Origin: a virus
Lineage: Duplodnaviria > Caudoviricetes
Strand: one strand, 5' to 3'
Length of the DNA: 54,131 nt
Virus record (IMG/VR): IMGVR_UViG_3300022929_000037
Location: 1-54,131 of that record
The stretch's first letter is position 1. Each line of letters begins with the position of its first letter. A model generated the notes under the pieces. That model saw nothing but the letters and a program-made list of their open reading frames with translations, made no database searches and was not told the DNA's origin. This document shows, piece by piece, positions 47,296 through 54,131 of the stretch. A program made the position numbers and the translations under genes.

Positions 47296-48295
47296 TTAAA
47301 CTTGACCTCAACTGATTCTGGTATTCTTCGTTAGTCTTAACATATTCAATAAAGGCATCTCTACCCTGAATCTTTTCTCCGTCTTCTAGCTTATACCATG
47401 CACCAGTACGCTCTACAAGACCGTTCATCTCTGCTGTATCAACAAGATCTGCAATGGTGTCAATACCAACCTTGTCGCCTCTAAAGTAGAAGTCATACTC
47501 GCCAGACTGGAAACCAGGAGATGTCTTTGAGAACTGCAGCTCCCAACGAATCTTACGGCCAATCTTCTCTTCGATTAACTTATCTCCTACAGCAATCTTG
47601 CCCTTAATTGCCTGATTCTCTGACTCTGAAGAGAACAGCTTAATAACCGTGGACGAGTAAAACTTTGTAGACTGTCCGCCAGTAGGCTGCTGCTGTGTGT
47701 ACATAGCATTAATATTATTGCGAGACTGGGAGATAGCTATAACAAGTGTTGGTTTCTCTTTATTGTTAGCATAGTTAATCATCTTCCATGCATTGCTAAA
47801 GTCTCTTGACTCTGCACCAATCTGCTTGGTATTCTCCAGCTGCTTTAGCTCTGACGAGTCTTTCTCAAAATAGATAGCAGGCAAAAGAGAAGTAATACTA
47901 TCAATAACAATAAGGTCAACCCCTGCGTTGATTAGTGCTACTGCTACATCTACCATCTCATTAATTGTTCTTGCCTGAGAGTAGATTAGCTGCTCAGGGT
48001 CTACCCCCAGCTTTACTGCCCAGTCTTCATCATAGGACATCTCAGCATCAATCCAGGCACATAGCTTGCCTTCTTTTTGTGCAATACCAATAGTCTGCAA
48101 ACACAGAGATGACTTAGCACTAGACTTACTACCCCAAATAAGGACTTGTCGTCCATACGGCAGGCCTCCATTTAGTGCCCTGTTAAGCCCTGTGCTGGGC
48201 GTAGGCTGGCTTGTAGTAGCAATACCTACTGCGGGACCCAGGTTTTTCCTAAGCTTAGGATCTAGCAGTGCTAGAGCTTCTTCGATTGTTGTCAC
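47288..48295 (-). CDS. recA: RecA/UvsX-like recombinase
   Basis: GGLPYGR, GSKSSAKS P-loop, IDAE, IVIDSI, ISQSR, TGG, GAWY. Confidence 0.88.
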   Translation of the reverse strand: MTTIEEALALLDPKLRKNLGPAVGIATTSQPTPSTGLNRALNGGLPYGRQVLIWGSKSSAKSSLCLQTIGIAQKEGKLCAWIDAEMSYDEDWAVKLGVDPEQLIYSQARTINEMVDVAVALINAGVDLIVIDSITSLLPAIYFEKDSSELKQLENTKQIGAESRDFSNAWKMINYANNKEKPTLVIAISQSRNNINAMYTQQQPTGGQSTKFYSSTVIKLFSSESENQAIKGKIAVGDKLIEEKIGRKIRWELQFSKTSPGFQSGEYDFYFRGDKVGIDTIADLVDTAEMNGLVERTGAWYKLEDGEKIQGRDAFIEYVKTNEEYQNQLRSSLNG

Positions 48296-51200
48296 AGAAT
48301 GTCCTCCAATATAACTGTTCCATCTTTCGTCTTTCCAAACGAAAACTTATATGCGTTTCCCTCTTTTAGTGTCATGTATGCTTTTGCAAACTGCGTAGGG
48401 AATACGGTAACTGGGTGCAACTCTCTGGCAGAATCTGCTAGAGTCATGTACGCCATTTTCTTTCCAGCTTTTGTTACCCTGGACTTGAATGATACTAAGA
48501 ACATTTCATCGTCTTTATAGGGAAGCTGCTTGTAGTTTAAGTATTTTACTAAGGCATTCTCAGCCTTTGGTATGTCATCGATAGGGACGTAGCTAACAAT
48601 TCTATTATCGCTTGCTAGCAACAGGTACGTCTTTCCTGGCTCAATCTCAGTCTGCTCGTCATCAAAGATGCCCACGCTACCTGTTTTATCTAGGACTTCT
48701 ACCCTAGACCATCCCTTGCCTCTCTTAATGCTCTTTACCATCCCCATAAGAACGTAGGCACCCTTTTCCTCAAACTCTTCTACATCATTGATAAATGCGT
48801 AAAAGTGCTGAGGAACAGAAATGTTAAATTCTGGCAAGTTAAGATACTCATAAAGGTGCTCACGAATCTCAGCCTCATTCCTGGGATTATCTGGGAAAGT
48901 AGCTGCACCAATCTTTCTCATTGCTTCTAGGGCACGACTGTTTACTCCGTTACCCTTTGCGTTGGTAAACTCTGATAGCTCAGCATAGGAGTTAAATGGA
49001 CGGGCTGCAAGATACTTTTCTGCAATGTTATCTGAAATGTACTTGATACCAGTAAGTCCAAAGCGAATTCCTTGGCCCTCAATCTTAAAGTCTAGGTCTG
49101 AGTCATTGATGTGTGGTAGCTTAATGCTAATCCCCATACGCTTTGCCTCAATGAGGTACTCTGTGCGAGCATCCTTGTCCTTCTCATTGTTTAGGATAGA
49201 ATACATAAACTCTAGTGGGTAGTATGTCTTTAACCACGCCGTCCAATACGAGAGCGTAGAGTATGCCACAGCGTGAGACTTATTGAACGAATACCCAGCA
49301 TGGGCTTCAAAATCAGACCATAGATCCCTTGCGACATTAGGAGCAAGATACTTTGTAGCACCTTCAACAAACTTTTCCCTAAACTGATCAAACTCTTTAG
49401 CATCTTTCTTCTTTCCAATAATCTTACGAACCTTATCTGCCTCAACCATAGACATTCCGCCTAGGTTAACACAGGCCTGCATAACTTGCTCCTGGTATAG
49501 GATACAGCCATAGGTTTCTGCAGTAAACTCTTTCATTACCGTGTGGTGGTATGCAATGTTTTGCTTACCATGCTTACGAAGGATGTAGTCCTTACCGATA
49601 GTATTCATTGCACCTGGGCGAACCAAGGCATTAGATGCTGCTAGCTCTGCAAAGTTGTTTACACCCATCTTTACTAGCAGGTTAGTATATGGTGTAGCTT
49701 CACACTGGAAAACACCCTTTGTAAAGCCGTCAGAGAGCATCTGATAGACTTTTGGGTCCTCTGTGTCTATAGATAGGAGGTCAATTTGCTTTTTATGCCT
49801 CTTCTCAATAATATCAAGGGTGTCCCTTAGCACTGACAGGGTCTTGAGACCTAGTGCATCAATCTTAATAAGACCAATACGCTCTGCCTCTTCCATGTCT
49901 ACCCCTACTACTGGTATTCTTTCCTTTGTGCCTGGAGCTGTACGAGTTTCCATGGGAGCATACCTAAAAATAGGATGCTTAGAGGTAACAACACCAGCAG
50001 CATGTATGCCAGTCCCACGAATACGCCCACGAAGTTGATCGCCATATTTTTCAATCTCTGGATACTTCTCTCTAAACCACGCTGCTTGCTTTGATGTACA
50101 GTAATCATCCCAAGTGTCCACCACCTTCATAACTTTATTAACGTCTGTTAGGGGAATGTGTAGCACACGTGCTATATCCCTAACAACACCCTTGTCTTTA
50201 AACTGCAAGAATGTAGCGATAGATGCCACATGCTTATATTGTCTAACAAGATAATCTTTAACCTCATCACGTCGTGAGTCCTGGATATCTGTATCAATAT
50301 CTGGGAAGTCATTACGATCTGGATTAATAAACCTAAAGAATAGCAACCCATGCTTAATTGGGTCAATGTCTGTAATCTCTAGTGCATAGCAAAGTAGTGA
50401 GCCTGCAGCAGAACCACGTCCTGGCCCAACCATGATGCCTTCCTTCTTTGCCCAGGAAATCATAGAGCGAACTACTAGGAAGTATGGGCCAAAGTTTTTA
50501 TCCTTAATAACCTGTAGCTCTTCATCTAGCCTAGCAACATAGTCATCTGAAAGGACTCCACGCTTTTCTAGGCCAGCCATTGCTAGCTCACGAAGCTCTG
50601 CATCTGGATTTTGATACTGCACTGGCAGCAGGTCTAGGTGGTCTTTAATGCCATAGTCTTTAATCTTTTCAGATATCTCTTCTGTTGCAGAATACATGTC
50701 TTCTCTGACAATACCCTGAGCTTCCATGGCACTACGCATCTCTTCGTCAGATAGTAGGTGGATGTCAAAGTTTGTAAATGAAATCTGTCTCTCACCATAT
50801 AGATAGTTAAGTCTATCCATAAGGTTGTCATGCTTTAATGACTTTTCGTATGTAGCACTCTTCTCAACCTTATTTGCATAAGAGTTTAGGATTAGTTTAA
50901 GTTCCTGGATTTCTTTCTGTCCAGTATGTGCGTGGTGGCAGTCTGGAGTAATTACTGGAGTAACCCCATACTTATCGGCTAGTTCTACTAGTTGCTTATT
51001 TACTTCTGGTGGGTTGTGTGGCATTACCTCAATGTAATAGTCCTCACCAAATACCCTTTTGTGCCACTCAATAATTCTTTTGGCTTCTGCCAATTCTTCG
51101 GCCTCAATAGCCTTTGCCAAGGCACCAGAGAGGCACCCAGAAAGGACGATTAGTCCCTCTGAGTACTTCTCTAGCACCTCGTAGTCGAAACGTGGCTTTT

Positions 51201-51558
51201 TGAAAAATCCTTCAGTCCACGCAATTTCGTTGAGCTTATTTAGATTTTCAAGTCCTACACGATTCTTAGCAAGAACAATGATGTGGTTATATACTAGGTC
51301 TAGAAGTCCGTCACGCACATCTGGTGCACGCTGGTCCTTACGATCATTAGTAATATACCCCTCAATACCAAGGATAGGCTTAATGCCTTTTTCCTTAGCA
51401 ATACGATAGAACTCTCTGTGTCCAGAAAGTGAACCGTGGTCTGTAATTGCTAGAGACTTCATGCCAATCTCTTGGGCACGAGTCAAATACTCTTCTGGTG
51501 TGGCTATGCCATCAAACAGAGAGTAATGTGTGTGAACGTGAAGTCCGTTGTAGCTCAA
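48292..51558 (-). CDS. dnaE: DNA polymerase III alpha subunit
   Basis: HVHTHYS, ITDHG, GPGRGSAAGSL, PDIDTD, GIHAAG, YSFNKSHA; start uncertain (TTG 51558 or 51573). Confidence 0.95.
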   Translation of the reverse strand: MSYNGLHVHTHYSLFDGIATPEEYLTRAQEIGMKSLAITDHGSLSGHREFYRIAKEKGIKPILGIEGYITNDRKDQRAPDVRDGLLDLVYNHIIVLAKNRVGLENLNKLNEIAWTEGFFKKPRFDYEVLEKYSEGLIVLSGCLSGALAKAIEAEELAEAKRIIEWHKRVFGEDYYIEVMPHNPPEVNKQLVELADKYGVTPVITPDCHHAHTGQKEIQELKLILNSYANKVEKSATYEKSLKHDNLMDRLNYLYGERQISFTNFDIHLLSDEEMRSAMEAQGIVREDMYSATEEISEKIKDYGIKDHLDLLPVQYQNPDAELRELAMAGLEKRGVLSDDYVARLDEELQVIKDKNFGPYFLVVRSMISWAKKEGIMVGPGRGSAAGSLLCYALEITDIDPIKHGLLFFRFINPDRNDFPDIDTDIQDSRRDEVKDYLVRQYKHVASIATFLQFKDKGVVRDIARVLHIPLTDVNKVMKVVDTWDDYCTSKQAAWFREKYPEIEKYGDQLRGRIRGTGIHAAGVVTSKHPIFRYAPMETRTAPGTKERIPVVGVDMEEAERIGLIKIDALGLKTLSVLRDTLDIIEKRHKKQIDLLSIDTEDPKVYQMLSDGFTKGVFQCEATPYTNLLVKMGVNNFAELAASNALVRPGAMNTIGKDYILRKHGKQNIAYHHTVMKEFTAETYGCILYQEQVMQACVNLGGMSMVEADKVRKIIGKKKDAKEFDQFREKFVEGATKYLAPNVARDLWSDFEAHAGYSFNKSHAVAYSTLSYWTAWLKTYYPLEFMYSILNNEKDKDARTEYLIEAKRMGISIKLPHINDSDLDFKIEGQGIRFGLTGIKYISDNIAEKYLAARPFNSYAELSEFTNAKGNGVNSRALEAMRKIGAATFPDNPRNEAEIREHLYEYLNLPEFNISVPQHFYAFINDVEEFEEKGAYVLMGMVKSIKRGKGWSRVEVLDKTGSVGIFDDEQTEIEPGKTYLLLASDNRIVSYVPIDDIPKAENALVKYLNYKQLPYKDDEMFLVSFKSRVTKAGKKMAYMTLADSARELHPVTVFPTQFAKAYMTLKEGNAYKFSFGKTKDGTVILEDIL

Positions 51559-51566
51559 CGCAACCC

Positions 51567-52220
51567 CTACCAATCAACGTTGGTAGCAGTTACAGACGGG
51601 GAATCAAACCCGAAGTAGAAAGACTCCTGCTCTGGATAAGGAATCTCACGGACAACCTTTTCTAGGTTGAAAAGCTCGAAGCTGCCCCAGTCAAATGGCT
51701 CAGAATCTGGCTTAGTAGGAATTAGAGTGTAATTGGTCTCAGTGCCCTGGCCATTACGCTTTAGCTTCCATGTTAGGTTTGAGATGCTACCAGTCTCTAG
51801 TGCATACTCACGAATAGTGTTGAATGCAGACTGCTTGCTTACACCCTGCGACCATACTGCCATGTATGGGTCCTCTAGGCCATCATCTACTAGCACGTTG
51901 CAGTAGAAGCGTAGCTTTGAACGCCATCCACTCTTAGGGTCCTTACGGGCCATCTCACAACCATAGCAGCGACCTTCAGAATCCATAGAGCATGCAGCTG
52001 AACGCCTGTAGTCCTTTGGATTGGTGTGCTGTGCAATAACGACAGATAGCCCACGAGCTTCTGCGTAGTGTGCCGACTCTGAGTCTAGTTCCTCAGCAAA
52101 TCGGATCTTAGAGGACTGACCATCTGCTAGCTTTACCCAGCGGACCTTCTGTCCTGTTCCTTCATACTTTGGCTTATCAAGTAGTGCATTGATATCTTTT
52201 AGCCCTTTAATTACACTCAT
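51567..52220 (-). CDS. single-stranded DNA-binding protein (gp32-like)
   Basis: Zn-type H...C...CxxC, KRNGQGTETNYTLIP; between primase and polymerase. Confidence 0.65.
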   Translation of the reverse strand: MSVIKGLKDINALLDKPKYEGTGQKVRWVKLADGQSSKIRFAEELDSESAHYAEARGLSVVIAQHTNPKDYRRSAACSMDSEGRCYGCEMARKDPKSGWRSKLRFYCNVLVDDGLEDPYMAVWSQGVSKQSAFNTIREYALETGSISNLTWKLKRNGQGTETNYTLIPTKPDSEPFDWGSFELFNLEKVVREIPYPEQESFYFGFDSPSVTATNVDW

Positions 52221-52243
52221 TTTTTCTCCTATTTGTGTGTTGT

Positions 52244-53188
52244 TTAGTTTAGCATATTGGCTATTGACTTGTCAAATGATATTTCAAGATTTTTTATTTC
52301 TTCGTCTGACATGTCGCCTATGTCTTTGTATTCCTTATTAAGTTGTAATACAGTAACCTTAGACCCTATCTTTTCAACGATACGATCTTTCATGTTACCG
52401 CCAGCCTCATCATTATCAGCAACAACATAAATATTGTTGAAGTATTTTTGAAGCAAGTCTATTTGAAAATTAGAAACATTGGAACCTAGGGTTGCTACCG
52501 CTGGGATTCCACACTGGTCAAGTCTGATGGCATCGAATGATGACTCTACAACATATACCTTGTCTGCTGTCTTAACTCTATGTAGGTTAAACAAAGTTTT
52601 GCCCTTGGGTAGACCTGGCGTGTTCTTAAAGTCTTTGCCTTCTATAGAACGACCAACAAATCCTACGGGAATTCCTGTTGGTGAATGAACTGGAACAGTT
52701 ACCATATCCTGTTTCTCTGAAAATCCTAGCAAGAATTTTTTCATAGAGGATTCTGTGATCTCTCTGCCAGCAAAGTATCTAGTAGCCCTAGGAGACTCCA
52801 AGGCCTGACTGCTAAGTCTTTGAATTAGTATTTCGTCAAATGGGGTGTATTCTGGCTTAACAACTAGTTTCTTATTTATATCAGCTTCGATGCTGGTTTG
52901 CTGCTCTTTGCTCTTAATAAATCGTGCAGCCTCGAAATATGTTCTTCCAGTTGTATGCATAACAAGACTAATAAGATCAGCAATGTGGTGGCATGAGAAG
53001 CAGAAGAATGTGCCACTCTCTTTATCTACCTCACCAGCAGGAGTCCTGTGGTTTGGGTGAAAAGGGCAAAACAGTAGATAGTCTGTATCTACTTCGCCCT
53101 CAATCGTGAGGCCACTCCCTGCGAGTACTCTTTTGATTTGCTCGGCTGAGTATGAATTGCCTTTGAGCCGTCTAGTCCTATTATCCAT
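52244..53188 (-). CDS. DNA primase
   Basis: CPFH...CFSC zinc finger, TOPRIM VVESSFD, ADNDEAG, KDIGD. Confidence 0.9.
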   Translation of the reverse strand: MDNRTRRLKGNSYSAEQIKRVLAGSGLTIEGEVDTDYLLFCPFHPNHRTPAGEVDKESGTFFCFSCHHIADLISLVMHTTGRTYFEAARFIKSKEQQTSIEADINKKLVVKPEYTPFDEILIQRLSSQALESPRATRYFAGREITESSMKKFLLGFSEKQDMVTVPVHSPTGIPVGFVGRSIEGKDFKNTPGLPKGKTLFNLHRVKTADKVYVVESSFDAIRLDQCGIPAVATLGSNVSNFQIDLLQKYFNNIYVVADNDEAGGNMKDRIVEKIGSKVTVLQLNKEYKDIGDMSDEEIKNLEISFDKSIANMLN

Positions 53189-53433
53189 TCGCTTTTCCTT
53201 TTTCCTACGAACACTCCGTATACTGAGAGTTCGAATTCAAAATATTCTTTTTCTTGATTATACTGTATTGTAAAGTCTAAGTCAATATCTAGTCTTGGTA
53301 CATACCCACTCAGTCTCATCTCTACCCATAAAAGCCTGATGTATTCAGACTTGAGTCGGACAATCTGTGCATCGTCTAGTATGATTCCATCTAGTCCGAA
53401 CCTTTTTATAGGCTTATGATGTACTGTTTTCAT
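53089..53433 (-). CDS. hypothetical protein
   Basis: TATAAT 6 nt upstream of ATG. Confidence 0.6.
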   Translation of the reverse strand: MKTVHHKPIKRFGLDGIILDDAQIVRLKSEYIRLLWVEMRLSGYVPRLDIDLDFTIQYNQEKEYFEFELSVYGVFVGKRKSEWIIGLDGSKAIHTQPSKSKEYSQGVASRLRAK

Positions 53434-53445
53434 GCATCTATTATA

Positions 53446-54131
53446 CTAGTTATCTTCAAAGTCTCGGTACTTATACCAACCTTTATCGAAATCTACCTGG
53501 ACCAAAAACTCGCCCATAAATCCGTTACGGTTCTTTCTAAATACACATTCAATGACATCTGAGTTGGGTCCACGTCCCAAAGCCATTACCCAGTCAGCAT
53601 CATATGCAATCTGACGAGACCATGCAGTCTGACCCAATGTTGGAACAGTGTCTAGCTTGGTAACGTCATCTGGTGTTGCCGATGAGATAGCAATAATTGG
53701 GACCTCTTCAGAAATAGCCATAAGCTTTAGCTCACGAGATAGGTTTTTCATACGCACCGTCTCATTGTCAGACTTCTGGTTTGGAGACATCAGCTGCAGG
53801 TAGTCAACAATTACGAAGTCTGGCTTGTACTGATCAATCTTTCCACGAAGGACAGAAGGAGTTACCTCGCCACCTGAGTCGTTAGAAATAATATGAAACT
53901 CTGGCTTGCCCTTTACCTTTTCTCCATGCCAACGCTTGAGGTCATCAATCTCTACCTGACCAGCAGATAGCTTTCTATGAGACCAAAGTCCATCTCCCAT
54001 AATAGTAAATACACGGTTACGAACTTCTGTTTCGCTCATCTCAAGACTGACAACCATTGGTGACTTGCCCTGCTTCCAAGCTTGCACTGCAAAGTATAGG
54101 GAGAGCCACGACTTTCCAATACCTGGATAGG
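53446..54131 (-). CDS. DnaB-like replicative helicase (5' truncated by window)
   Basis: PGIGKS Walker A at window edge, SLEM, VDYLQLM, SRELK, YDAD, KNRNG. Confidence 0.9.
   Translation of the reverse strand, partial: YPGIGKSWLSLYFAVQAWKQGKSPMVVSLEMSETEVRNRVFTIMGDGLWSHRKLSAGQVEIDDLKRWHGEKVKGKPEFHIISNDSGGEVTPSVLRGKIDQYKPDFVIVDYLQLMSPNQKSDNETVRMKNLSRELKLMAISEEVPIIAISSATPDDVTKLDTVPTLGQTAWSRQIAYDADWVMALGRGPNSDVIECVFRKNRNGFMGEFLVQVDFDKGWYKYRDFEDN

Noticed and set aside
48113-48136. Atypical RecA P-loop GSKSSAKS as a sign of inactivation
   Set aside because: Catalytic Lys-Ser and all other motifs are retained; a tolerable variant.

Overview
This 54 kb window is part of a large, AT-rich tailed-phage genome; host assignment to Actinobacteria is inferred from WhiB, class Ib NrdHIEF, a DnaE polymerase and many leaderless promoters. 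Almost all genes lie on the minus strand. The right end holds the replication and recombination module (DnaB helicase, primase, SSB, DnaE, RecA, exonucleases, resolvases), terminase subunits and nrdIEF. The middle holds three tRNAs, lysis genes and a large accessory modification arsenal: seven 2OG-Fe(II) oxygenases, three GT60-like glycosyltransferases each beside a prolyl-hydroxylase-like oxygenase, an O-fucosyltransferase-like enzyme, nucleotide-sugar enzymes, two carbamoyltransferases, three SGNH-like paralogs, a PIG-L deacetylase and two RsmI-like methylases. The left end has small ORFs and an AT-rich strand-convergence region. Best candidates for something new: a hydroxylate-then-glycosylate protein modification system, an 88-nt structured ncRNA with its own promoter (16340-16427), and a 21-nt hairpin (536-556) complementary to the leader of an AUU-start gene 36 kb away. 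All calls come from motif recognition by eye; no database searches were run.
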